28,611 bases of DNA. Origin: a virus (lineage: Duplodnaviria > Caudoviricetes). The notes under the pieces were generated by a model. That model saw only the letters and a program-made list of their open reading frames with translations, ran no database searches and had not been told where the DNA came from. The stretch is from the IMG/VR virus record IMGVR_UViG_3300010048_000364, positions 1-28,611 of that record; one strand, 5' to 3'. Position 1 is the first letter of the stretch, and each line of letters begins with the position of its first letter. Made by a program: the position numbers and the translations under genes. Positions 9,878 through 18,266 of this stretch are shown piece after piece.

Positions 9878-10030
9878 GTGGCAAGGCTACGCAGTCGGTT
9901 TGGGGTTCGCCGCCCCGCGCTACGACAACACTACGGCGTGGGCATCCGCTTTCCTCGACCACCAAACCACCGCGCCTTGCGCGGCGGCGACATGCGCGCC
10001 CGCATCGGCCGCATGAGCCGCAGACGCTAA
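9878..10030 (+). CDS. Arg-rich peptide 1 (50 aa)
   Basis: GAGGAGG SD at 9864-9870, GTG start; MARLRSRFGVRRPALRQHYGVGIRFPRPPNHRALRGGDMRARIGRMSRRR (16 Arg). Not in the ORF track. Confidence 0.7.
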   Translation: MARLRSRFGVRRPALRQHYGVGIRFPRPPNHRALRGGDMRARIGRMSRRR

Positions 10031-10107
10031 TGGCTTTTCGTAGCCCGCTCGAAGGCGGGCGAACCGGCCCCGTTCGTGGTGAACGGGCAGAAGAAGGAGG
10101 GCGAAAG

Positions 10108-10170
10108 ATGGCACGTCGATTAAAGAACACGCGCAGAGCCCGTCGCATAAGGGCACGTCGCCGCCGCTAG
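10108..10170 (+). CDS. Protamine-like peptide 2 (20 aa)
   Basis: AAGGAGG SD at 10094-10100; MARRLKNTRRARRIRARRRR. An in-frame upstream ATG at 10030 (TAATG overlap) could give a 46-aa form. Confidence 0.72.
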   Translation: MARRLKNTRRARRIRARRRR

Positions 10171-10604
10171 ATTCCCGGCAGGATCAATTGCGGGGATTGA
10201 TTTGTGGCGTGGTGCGTGAGGTACGCAATCATCTTGCGTAGCAAGTCCCTGTCATCCCCCACCTGACCGAGAACAAGGTTGCAGCGGCTACAGAGCCAAC
10301 CTCTGGCATGGCCGAGTTTGTGGCAGTGGTCAGCGTTGAGTTTTTTGTCGCTCGCTTCGCCACAAAGCTCGCAAACCTCAGGCGGGGGGCGTCCCATCAG
10401 TTCGATGCGGCGGCGCTCTTCCCAACGGCGGCGATAATCATCCCGTTTTTTGGGGTTCTTTGCGTTGTAGTCGCGAGCGTATGCCCGAGACTTCGCTCTT
10501 GCCTCTGGCTTCGCTAAGTACTTGAGGCGGCTTTTGCGGAACTTGTCGGCATGCGCACGTGCGTAGGCGCGCATGTAGTCCTGCTTCTTTGTGGTATTAG
10601 GCAT
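10167..10604 (-). CDS. Endonuclease VII-like (HNH) nuclease
   Basis: CELCGE...DHCHKLGHARGWLCSRCNLVLG motif; basic N-terminal repeat region; AAGGAG SD on the - strand. Confidence 0.88.
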   Translation of the reverse strand: MPNTTKKQDYMRAYARAHADKFRKSRLKYLAKPEARAKSRAYARDYNAKNPKKRDDYRRRWEERRRIELMGRPPPEVCELCGEASDKKLNADHCHKLGHARGWLCSRCNLVLGQVGDDRDLLRKMIAYLTHHATNQSPQLILPGI

Positions 10605-10637
10605 CAGCCGTGCTCCTTCTAGGCAGGAGTAGGGTCA

Positions 10638-10673
10638 GGGGCGATGGCAACCGGCCCAGGTTGCTATCGCTCC
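10638..10673 (+). promoter_or_regulatory. 15-bp stem-loop with G-U pairs
   Basis: GGGGCGATGGCAACC-GGCCCA-GGTTGCTATCGCTCC in the divergent gap between the endonuclease and peptide 3. Confidence 0.55.
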
Positions 10674-10697
10674 GTAGTTTAGCAGGAGGGAATAGCT

Positions 10698-10781
10698 ATG
10701 GCACGTCGTAGGGGTGGTCGCCGATTGGTTTTAGTTCCGGCAAGTCGCAGGGCAGCCCGTGCCCGCCGTCGTCGCCGGTAA
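10698..10781 (+). CDS. Protamine-like peptide 3 (27 aa)
   Basis: AGGAGG SD at 10684-10689; MARRRGGRRLVLVPASRRAARARRRRR (13 Arg). Confidence 0.72.
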   Translation: MARRRGGRRLVLVPASRRAARARRRRR

Positions 10782-11280
10782 CTTCAAGCTGACCGCACCG
10801 GAGCCGTCCGAAAAAGACATTCACGGCGCGGTTCGCGATCTGCTGGATCTGTGCCTCGCCCCACCGGCAGTTTGGACGCCATATCCGGCGGGGGTTACTG
10901 CGCTCTCGCCAGCGCAATTCGCGCAGTATTCACGCTTTGGTTTGAAGCGTGGTTTTCCGGATGTGCTTATTTTTTACGATCTTGTTTTCGGCATTGAGCT
11001 AAAGCGCCGAGGCGGGCGCCTGTCGAAGACCCGCATCGTTCGCACCCGCCGGGGAAGTCCCCGCGAATTGATCGGGCAGGAAGAGATGCACGCCAAGCTG
11101 CTTGGCACGGGAGCCTTTGGCGCGATCGCCGTTGCGCGTAGTGTCGATGATGTGTGCCGATTGCTTGATGATTGGCATATCCCCAGAGTAGGAGGCAGGA
11201 AATGGCTAGCCGCGCTCAGCGTAAGGCCGCTCGCAGAAATCTCCGCAGAGCCCGCGCCCGCAGGAGGCGGTAGTGCCTAA
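10759..11280 (+). CDS. VRR-NUC / PD-(D/E)XK nuclease
   Basis: SEKDIH...GLKRGFPDVLIF...IELKRRGGRLS...Q...VARSVDDV, the VRR-NUC signature. Start uncertain. Confidence 0.82.
   Translation: MPAVVAGNFKLTAPEPSEKDIHGAVRDLLDLCLAPPAVWTPYPAGVTALSPAQFAQYSRFGLKRGFPDVLIFYDLVFGIELKRRGGRLSKTRIVRTRRGSPRELIGQEEMHAKLLGTGAFGAIAVARSVDDVCRLLDDWHIPRVGGRKWLAALSVRPLAEISAEPAPAGGGSA
11202..11273 (+). CDS. Protamine-like peptide 4 (23 aa), nested in the VRR-NUC 3' end
   Basis: AGGAGG SD at 11190-11195; MASRAQRKAARRNLRRARARRRR; the stop overlaps the next GTG start (TAGTG). Confidence 0.72.
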   Translation: MASRAQRKAARRNLRRARARRRR

Positions 11281-11578
11281 CCGAGATCGATCATGGCCGT
11301 ACAGAACGGGTCAGGCGGACTCACCCCCGGCGATAACGGTGAGTCCGGATACGGATCTGAACTCCGCGCGCTCACTCGCCGGGCCTTTGCGGCTCGGTAC
11401 GGAGCCGAGGGTCGGCCCGCGGGGGAACGTCGCAAACGGCGGCGAGTTCGCAACCGACTTCGGCGTCGATAGGATCAGCCCGCGCGGGTTTGACCCGATG
11501 GGGACCAGCGATACGCGCCTGCCGCCGCAGGAAGCCTCGGAGTTGCTGAGCCGTGCCGGGCGTCGCAGGCGGGGTTAG
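11273..11578 (+). CDS. Hypothetical protein (101 aa, basic C-terminal RRRRG)
   Basis: AGGAGG SD upstream, coupled to the peptide 4 stop. Confidence 0.6.
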   Translation: MPNRDRSWPYRTGQADSPPAITVSPDTDLNSARSLAGPLRLGTEPRVGPRGNVANGGEFATDFGVDRISPRGFDPMGTSDTRLPPQEASELLSRAGRRRRG

Positions 11579-11975
11579 CAGCCGCAAGCTCGAGGCGGGG
11601 CAATCGCCGATCCAGTACCCCGACCTGTTGTCGGCGTCGACCACGCTGGTGCAATCGGGCTCGGGCTATCTGCGCCTCGTCAACGCGCTGCAGACCCTCG
11701 ACCAGGCCGCCAACGTTCTAACGCTCGACGGACTCATCACTTCGCAGGCGTCGGCGATCGCCACCTTGCAGTCGCAGATGGCGCAGACCATCACCGCCGT
11801 GCAGACGTTGCAGACCCAGGTCTTCACGTTGCAGTCGCAGGTCGCGGCGCTGCAGGCGCAGCTTGACGGGGTCAGCTTTGGCGCGGTCGGGCCGACCGTG
11901 CCGTCGATCGCCGCGGGGAGCATCGCCACCACCATCAGCGGCACGCAGTATCTGCTCCCGCTTTATTCGTCGTGA
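11553..11975 (+). CDS. Coiled-coil virion protein (tail needle / short fibre-like)
   Basis: Heptads IATLQSQ-MAQTITA-VQTLQTQ-VFTLQSQ-VAALQAQ-L; position equivalent to P22 gp26. Confidence 0.55.
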   Translation: MPGVAGGVSSRKLEAGQSPIQYPDLLSASTTLVQSGSGYLRLVNALQTLDQAANVLTLDGLITSQASAIATLQSQMAQTITAVQTLQTQVFTLQSQVAALQAQLDGVSFGAVGPTVPSIAAGSIATTISGTQYLLPLYSS

Positions 11976-12382
11976 TCCGCGACATCACCGCCAACGACAT
12001 CCCGTGGGTGGCCGCGCTCTGTCAGCGCCGCTACGACATGAGCCGCTACGACGTCGGCGGCGGGCTGGTGGCGCTGACCCAGGCGATGAACCTCCCGACC
12101 GCGATTGCTTGGCGCAATGATCACGCCTTTCTCGTCGGCAATCAGCAGGCGCGGACCTGGGCGCCGAAGCGCCGCTCTTTGCATATTCTCGCGATTTGCG
12201 TCGAAGAGGGGCATCATTGGGCAGCGGCAGAACTCTTGCGCGAGAGCGTCGAGTGGGCCCGCGCTCGGGGGTGCAAAAAGTGGTGGATCGCGACCGAGAC
12301 TGAATTCGAGGTCGGCGCCCTTGCCAAGCGGATCGGGGCGCACCCCGAGACAGTCTACGCGATTGACCTTGCGAAGGACTGA
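11972..12382 (+). CDS. GNAT-fold protein
   Basis: MIRDITANDIPWV...LHILAICVEE...AAAELLRESVEWARARGCKKWWI; GNAT-like genes commonly precede ejection proteins in podoviruses. Confidence 0.7.
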   Translation: MIRDITANDIPWVAALCQRRYDMSRYDVGGGLVALTQAMNLPTAIAWRNDHAFLVGNQQARTWAPKRRSLHILAICVEEGHHWAAAELLRESVEWARARGCKKWWIATETEFEVGALAKRIGAHPETVYAIDLAKD

Positions 12383-12385
12383 GCC

Positions 12386-12940
12386 ATGACAAGCTCGTTA
12401 TTTAGCGGCGGCAATGTCGCGGGCGTCGAGCAGCAGATCGAAAACCTCATCCCGTCATTCCAGAACTTCGCGGGCCAGTCCGACACCCTTGGCGGCATCG
12501 AGCAAAGCCAGGGGGTCAACGACATCTACCCGACCGCACTGGATCAGTACCAGAAAGGCGCGGCGGGGCAATTGACCGACGCGCAGCAGGCGGCGGTCAA
12601 CCAGACCAAGCAGCAGATGGATCTCGCCACCTCGGGCACCTATGCCAATCTGGGGCTCGGCGGCTCGACCATGAAGACGCAGGATCTCGACGCCAACGCG
12701 CAGAAGAGTCTCGCGCAGACCGTCGGCTTCTCGGCGCTCGATGAGGAGCTTGGTCTGAAGGGATTGTCCACGGCGCTCGGCTTTGAGCAGGGGGCGAACA
12801 CCTCCTTTGGCACGGCGGCGAGTTCATTGGGGCAGGGGGCGAACGCGCTCGCGGGCGTCGGCAATCTCGCCGCAGGCCAGCAGGCGGCGCAGATGCAGGC
12901 CTTGGGCAGCATCGGCTCGGCGCTCGGCAGTAAGTTCTGA
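12386..12940 (+). CDS. DNA ejection / pilot protein (small)
   Basis: G/A/Q/S-rich with C-terminal ALGSIGSALG; position equivalent to P22 gp7. Confidence 0.6.
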   Translation: MTSSLFSGGNVAGVEQQIENLIPSFQNFAGQSDTLGGIEQSQGVNDIYPTALDQYQKGAAGQLTDAQQAAVNQTKQQMDLATSGTYANLGLGGSTMKTQDLDANAQKSLAQTVGFSALDEELGLKGLSTALGFEQGANTSFGTAASSLGQGANALAGVGNLAAGQQAAQMQALGSIGSALGSKF

Positions 12941-15873
12941 TGCCGACCCCCGACGATTACGAGCCGACAACCCCCTCGCCGTTCCTCCCGGGTTCGGTGC
13001 CGGGGGCGGACAATTACCTCCAGGGATCGAACATCGACCGGATCATGCCCTATGTCGGCAGACCGCTGTCGCAGGTGCCGCAGGTCACCCCCGCGGCCTT
13101 TCGCACGGTTCAGCCGCCAACCGACCCGTACACGGCGCCGGGGGATACGCGGCCGCCACCAACTCCCACTCCCGGCGCATTCACGCTCGATCCCTCGAGC
13201 GGATACATCTTTCCGCGCCGCGAACAGCCGATGCCGCCAGTGCCGCGCGAGGGCACGCCCACCCCGCCGATCACCAGCCCCGGCAATCCCTGGTGGATGT
13301 CGACGCCGCGCGGCCAACCCGCGCAGACCCCGTTCCAGCCGCAGATCCAGCGTTACGCGAACGAGTACGGTCTGCCGCCCGCGCTCTTTAACGCGCTCAT
13401 CCACGCCGAATCGAATTTCAGTCCGGGCGCGCGATCGAACGCCGGGGCGATCGGCCTGGGGCAACTCGAACCCGACACCGCGCGCGGGCTTGGGGTCAAC
13501 CCCTACGATCCCGAGCAGAACCTGCAGGGGGCGGCGCGGTATCTGCGACAGATGTACGACCGCTTCGGCTCTTGGTCGAAAGCGGTCAGCGCCTATAACC
13601 GCGGGCCCGAGGGCGCCGAGAAGACCGGGTTCAGTCTTGCGGGCTACCGCGGCTATGGCGCGGGCACGACGCTGGTCGCCACCGCCGCCGCGCTCGACAG
13701 CGGTCTTGTCAAGGCGGGCCCGCGGGCCCCGCCGCCGCAGAACTACCGCCCGGCATCCTACACGCCGCGCGGCGGCTATCCTTCGATGATCCCCGACCGG
13801 CCGCCCTCGATGTGGGGCAAGGACGAGGGGCTTTTTGGCGACGGCCCGGGCAGCATCCCGCATCAGCGCGAGATCCCCGGCATCATCCAGGGCATCGCGC
13901 CTTTCTTGATGATCGGCCTCGCGCTCTTCTCGAAGGGCGCGGCGTTGCCGATGCTGTCGGCCTTTGCCGGTTACCAGTCGGCGCGCAACAAGCGGCAGGA
14001 GGCCGACGCCAAGGAGCTCAAGACCAAGTACCAGGACCACCTGAAGGAACTCAAAGCGCGTATGCAGGAGGAGCAGCTGGAAGCGGCGGGGGCGATGGGC
14101 GACCCGCAGGCGCTGCAGGCGATCGCGCTCAAATACGGCGACTCGCAGCTGCAGGCCGTGCTCGCCCAAGGCGGCGACCCCTCGGCGCTCTTCCAGGCGC
14201 GCGACAAGGCCTACCAGGATGTCAGCAAGACGAACCTCGCCGAGCAACGCCTCGTTCTTGCCGAGCAGAAATTCGCGGTCGAGCAACAGAAGTGGTATCT
14301 TGAGCAGCAGGAAAAGGCCGAAACCGATCCGCTCAAAAAACAGAAGCTGCAGGATGAGGTCGCTGAACTTGAAAGGAAGCTCAAGGACAGCGAGAAGAAG
14401 CAGCATGACCTAGAACGCGGTATCGGCATCGAGACAGCGCCCTACGGCAGCGATGGCGGCGAATCGGGCAAACCGGCGGCAGAGCCGCCTGCCGAGCCCG
14501 CCTCGCCAGAGGCGCCTGCCGCACCCTCTCCAGCCGCACCTGCGACCCCCGAAGCTCCTGCTTCCAGCGAAGCTCCGACCGCACCCTCGCCTGCCCCAGC
14601 CGAAGCACCCGCCCCCGAGACAGCGCCCGCGCCACCACCATCGACCCCGACGCCATCGGGTGCCGCGCCCGAGCGCGGTGCGCAGGCCACCCCGCCGCCG
14701 TCCGGCGGTGAAGACCAGGTGGTCGATGCGCAGGGCAACCCGATCCGACCGCGCGCTGACGTGGTGCCTGCGGGCTATACCGGGCCGCCGGGGGCCGCAG
14801 CTGCTCCCGCCACCGCGCTGCCGCAGGTCGATGTCGGCGGCCTGCCGCCCTATTACCAGTCAGCCCCCGATCTCTTGAAGACGACGGGGCTCTCGCCCGA
14901 GCGGCTCGACCAGAACGCCCGCACCTACCTCGAAACCGGACACGATGTTTATCGCGGCGGCCCGAGCGGCGACCCGCTCGCGATCCCGCGCAACGAAGCA
15001 GTGGCGCGGCGCGCGTCGCAGATGCAGTCCTTTATCGACAAGGTGATCCGCGACACCAAGCCGGGCGACATCAACAGCGCGCTGCAGAAGATCGCCACCG
15101 CCGACCCTGGCCTCGCCTCGGTGGCGCGCTCGGTCGACAACGGTGACATGCCGGGGCCGAGCGGCTGGCAGTTGCGGGCACCGTTTTACCAGAATGTCCA
15201 GAAGCTGGTGACTTCGCTCGACCCGAGCTGGGACGCCTCACGGTGGGTGACGAACTATCGCACCAAAGTCGCCTACCACGTCGGCACCCAGAGCAATCAG
15301 ATCCGCTCGGCCAATACCGCGCTCGCCCATATGTCGACGCTGTGGGACATGGCCGACGCGATGCACAACGGTCAGTTCCCGACCGTCAATGCTATGCGCA
15401 ACTGGTGGAAGACGCAGACCGGGCATGAAGCGGCAACCGACTTCATCGCGGCGCGGGCGGCCGTGTCGCGCGAACTCGAGCGCGCGTTTCGCGGCACGGG
15501 CGGGGCCTGGGGCGAAATCAAGGAGGATCTGCAGAACGTCAACGAAAACTCCTCGCCCGAGCAAATCCAGGGCTACATCCGCACCGTCACCGAGCTCTTG
15601 AAGGGGCAACTCGATTCGCTCGCCGACCTTTATCAAGGCGGCACCGGCAAGCCGACCACGGGCGACGACCTGCTGTCGCCCGCCGCGCGCGGCACATTTC
15701 ACCGCTTCCAGCGTCTTGAACTCGGCTCTGGCGGTGCCCCGATCCCGAAAGCGGGCGCCGAGCCGTCTGTCCTTGATGACACCGCGACCTATCCGCCAAA
15801 TTCGGCTTACGGACCCGGCCCGGCCCCGGCAGAGCAGGGAACTTGGTCAGCGCAACCGGAACCGGAGCAATGA
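12940..15873 (+). CDS. Internal virion/ejection protein with soluble lytic transglycosylase domain
   Basis: SLT motifs ALIHAESNF, GAIGLGQL, DPEQNLQGAARYL, AVSAYNRGP; then a hydrophobic segment, coiled coil and long P/A linker. Confidence 0.85.
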   Translation: MPTPDDYEPTTPSPFLPGSVPGADNYLQGSNIDRIMPYVGRPLSQVPQVTPAAFRTVQPPTDPYTAPGDTRPPPTPTPGAFTLDPSSGYIFPRREQPMPPVPREGTPTPPITSPGNPWWMSTPRGQPAQTPFQPQIQRYANEYGLPPALFNALIHAESNFSPGARSNAGAIGLGQLEPDTARGLGVNPYDPEQNLQGAARYLRQMYDRFGSWSKAVSAYNRGPEGAEKTGFSLAGYRGYGAGTTLVATAAALDSGLVKAGPRAPPPQNYRPASYTPRGGYPSMIPDRPPSMWGKDEGLFGDGPGSIPHQREIPGIIQGIAPFLMIGLALFSKGAALPMLSAFAGYQSARNKRQEADAKELKTKYQDHLKELKARMQEEQLEAAGAMGDPQALQAIALKYGDSQLQAVLAQGGDPSALFQARDKAYQDVSKTNLAEQRLVLAEQKFAVEQQKWYLEQQEKAETDPLKKQKLQDEVAELERKLKDSEKKQHDLERGIGIETAPYGSDGGESGKPAAEPPAEPASPEAPAAPSPAAPATPEAPASSEAPTAPSPAPAEAPAPETAPAPPPSTPTPSGAAPERGAQATPPPSGGEDQVVDAQGNPIRPRADVVPAGYTGPPGAAAAPATALPQVDVGGLPPYYQSAPDLLKTTGLSPERLDQNARTYLETGHDVYRGGPSGDPLAIPRNEAVARRASQMQSFIDKVIRDTKPGDINSALQKIATADPGLASVARSVDNGDMPGPSGWQLRAPFYQNVQKLVTSLDPSWDASRWVTNYRTKVAYHVGTQSNQIRSANTALAHMSTLWDMADAMHNGQFPTVNAMRNWWKTQTGHEAATDFIAARAAVSRELERAFRGTGGAWGEIKEDLQNVNENSSPEQIQGYIRTVTELLKGQLDSLADLYQGGTGKPTTGDDLLSPAARGTFHRFQRLELGSGGAPIPKAGAEPSVLDDTATYPPNSAYGPGPAPAEQGTWSAQPEPEQ

Positions 15874-17762
15874 CAAAATTTACCGTCACCGGGCCGGACG
15901 GGAAGCAATATCGCGGCGTTGAGGCGCCCACCGCCGACGAGGCGACCCGCCTCATACAACAGCGGCTTGCGCATGCGCCGCCGGATTTCGGCTCGCCGAC
16001 CAATCCGCCGCAGGATTTTGGCAGCACGCCCGCCAACCTTGCCGCCGGTTTCGGGCAGGGACTGCTCGATCCGATCGAGGGGCTCGGGCAGATGGCTGAG
16101 CACCTGCCGCTGGTCGGCGGCGCGGTGCGCGCCATGATCCCCGATGCGCTGCGCAATTGGGCGAAGAATTACCAGCGCCGGGTCGGTGCCTCGACCGCAG
16201 GTGAGATCGGCGAGTTCGCGGGCAATGTCGTGCCGTGGCTCTTTCAGCCGGAACTCGCCGCCGGGCGTATCGCGTCGACAGTGCCGCGCGTGGCGGCGCG
16301 GATCGCTGAGCGCGCCACCTTGCCCGCAACCCTCCAGCCGGTGCCGCAACCCGGCAACGATTTCTGGACACAGAAGGGCGAGCAGGCAGCGGTCGGCACA
16401 GCGCTCGGTGCACCCCTCGAGGCGGTGGCGGGCTCGGCGGCGCGACAGCAGGCGACCAGCCAAGCGGCGGCGCAGGCTGCTGCCGACCATGCAAGCGCGC
16501 TGGCGGCGCACGGCACCGCGCTGGCGGCACATCAAACAGGCACGCTCGAGCGGGCCGCCGAGCAGCAGGCCCGCAACCAAGCCGCCAATACGCGCGCGGG
16601 CATTCCGGGCGACACGACGCTGCGCTGGTATCGAGAAACATTGGGACGCATCGGCCTTGCCGACCAAGCGCCGACCGCGGTCACGCCCGAGGCCAGCGCA
16701 AGAGTGCAGAAGCTCGTCGGCGAACGGCTCAACAGCATCATCGGCCGGATGAAGCTCGACCCCAGTGACCCGCAGTTTACCGAAACCCTCAACAACATCC
16801 GGAGCGATACGCTGCGCGAATTGCCCGAGAGCGCGCAGACGCGGTTTTACAAGGAGCCGCCAAAACCAGAAGAGGAACCGTTGCTGTTCTCGCAGTACGG
16901 CCGTCCGCTGCGCCGCACCACCCGCGACCGCGAACCGCCAAAGCCAGCGGGCGACTGGGTTCGCACCGTCATGGAGCCGCTGGCGAAGGGCGAACTCTCG
17001 GGGCGCGATCTGACGAACTACATCAGCCGCCTGGGGGCGCGCGCCGAAGAACTCGCAAGGCAGGCGCGAACCGTGCCGCAGGATCAGCGCGCCGAGCTTT
17101 ACGCCGCATCGAACGCCATGCGCCAGGTCGAGGACGCGGTCATCGGCCACGCCGCGGGTTCGTCGCAGGACAAGCTCGCGCTCGAGGAGGCGCGTAAGGC
17201 TTACAGCATGTGGTCGATCGGCAACGATGCCGGGCGGGCGAGCCAGGGCGGCTCGATGACGCCGCAGCGGCTCATCCAGACCATCAGCCGCCGCATGGGC
17301 GAGGCGCGTTACAAGCAGGCGCTGGCCGATCCCAACCATCCCGACCGCGACCTCTACCAGCACCTGCAGCAGCAGCTTGATGCTCTGAAGGCGCCATTAC
17401 CGGGCGTTCGCCCGGCGAGTGCGGTGCCGCGCCACCCCGGCAAGCCACCAACGCCACCGCGACCGCCCGCCGAGCCCCAGGCCGCGCATCCTCTGGCGCA
17501 GCACGCCGCCAACGCAGCGGCGCACATGGCGCTCTGGCACATGCCCGGCGCAGGGCACGCGGCTTATTGGTTTGGCCGCCCCATCCTGCACGCGATCGCG
17601 CGCCGCGCCGCCCCCAGCCTTGCCCGTGCGTCCCAGCGTGTCGGTCGTGCCGCGCGCCGCGCCGAAGCACCGGTGAGCGCGGGTACCGCGAATATTGTCA
17701 AACAATCGGACGAGCCGGATATGAGTTACCGCGCCCCCTCAAACTTCAGGCCGCCGCGATGA
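15870..17762 (+). CDS. Internal virion/ejection protein (large)
   Basis: ATGA overlap at 15870 with GGAG SD; N-terminal FTVTGPDGKQY motif common in ejection proteins; Ala-rich helical. Confidence 0.65.
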   Translation: MTKFTVTGPDGKQYRGVEAPTADEATRLIQQRLAHAPPDFGSPTNPPQDFGSTPANLAAGFGQGLLDPIEGLGQMAEHLPLVGGAVRAMIPDALRNWAKNYQRRVGASTAGEIGEFAGNVVPWLFQPELAAGRIASTVPRVAARIAERATLPATLQPVPQPGNDFWTQKGEQAAVGTALGAPLEAVAGSAARQQATSQAAAQAAADHASALAAHGTALAAHQTGTLERAAEQQARNQAANTRAGIPGDTTLRWYRETLGRIGLADQAPTAVTPEASARVQKLVGERLNSIIGRMKLDPSDPQFTETLNNIRSDTLRELPESAQTRFYKEPPKPEEEPLLFSQYGRPLRRTTRDREPPKPAGDWVRTVMEPLAKGELSGRDLTNYISRLGARAEELARQARTVPQDQRAELYAASNAMRQVEDAVIGHAAGSSQDKLALEEARKAYSMWSIGNDAGRASQGGSMTPQRLIQTISRRMGEARYKQALADPNHPDRDLYQHLQQQLDALKAPLPGVRPASAVPRHPGKPPTPPRPPAEPQAAHPLAQHAANAAAHMALWHMPGAGHAAYWFGRPILHAIARRAAPSLARASQRVGRAARRAEAPVSAGTANIVKQSDEPDMSYRAPSNFRPPR

Positions 17763-18100
17763 TGACCGAAGACGAACGCGCCGAATACGCGCTGGCGCAG
17801 CGCCTTGCCTGCCGCCCGCTCGAATGCACCGCCGATCCCTATTGCTGGGTGGCGCTCGGCACCAAGGAGTCGCTCTCGGAGCGCATCCAGGGCACACCGC
17901 GCTGCGCGGCCTGCAGCGGGAAGGTCAGGATCAGCGAGTGGCGCACCCCCGCCGGGCTGCAGTTGGCACCGCACGGCAGGCTCAATCCGAGGGGTCACTC
18001 GCGGGGGCCAGACGGTCGCAGGGGTGAGTTGCGGCCAGGGGAAGCTGGGGGATCTCCGAAGGGGGCGGAATCCTTTTCCCCCGCGAGCGGGACGCTCTAA
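17759..18100 (+). CDS. Hypothetical Cys-containing protein (113 aa)
   Basis: ATGA overlap; MMTEDERAEYALAQRLAC...C...C...CAAC. Confidence 0.5.
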   Translation: MMTEDERAEYALAQRLACRPLECTADPYCWVALGTKESLSERIQGTPRCAACSGKVRISEWRTPAGLQLAPHGRLNPRGHSRGPDGRRGELRPGEAGGSPKGAESFSPASGTL

Positions 18101-18107
18101 ATAGCAT

Positions 18108-18266
18108 ATGACCCCCGCGCAGCGTGAGGCGCTGAAGGCGCACATTCAGAACACCACGCTCTACCGCCCGAGGGAGAGATCGACATGGCCGCACGTCGTA
18201 GCAACAACGGTCTTGATGCTTCTTATGATGCTTGGGCTAACAACAATCCTCGCCCTCTCCCCGTAG
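18108..18266 (+). CDS. Small protein with C-terminal transmembrane helix (52 aa)
   Basis: MTPAQREALKAHIQNTTLYRPRERSTWPHVVATTVLMLLMMLGLTTILALSP; not in the ORF track; overlaps the next gene by 82 nt. Confidence 0.5.
   Translation: MTPAQREALKAHIQNTTLYRPRERSTWPHVVATTVLMLLMMLGLTTILALSP

Noticed and set aside
14470-14700. Pro/Ala-rich quasi-repeats in the SLT protein as a DNA repeat element
   Set aside because: This is a degenerate low-complexity protein linker with no exact nucleotide repeat unit.
13052-16752. Other Arg-rich alternative-frame ORFs (e.g. 13052-13789, 16144-16752) as additional basic proteins
   Set aside because: Arg richness is expected in off-frames of GC-rich genes; they lack the SD, MA(R/S) start and terminal poly-Arg pattern and lie wholly inside large genes.
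146-17363. Long antisense ORFs (146-1516, 3447-4382, 8176-9615, 12640-14406, 15807-17363)
   Set aside because: They are shadows of GC3-biased + strand genes, with no motifs or SDs and full overlap with well-supported genes.
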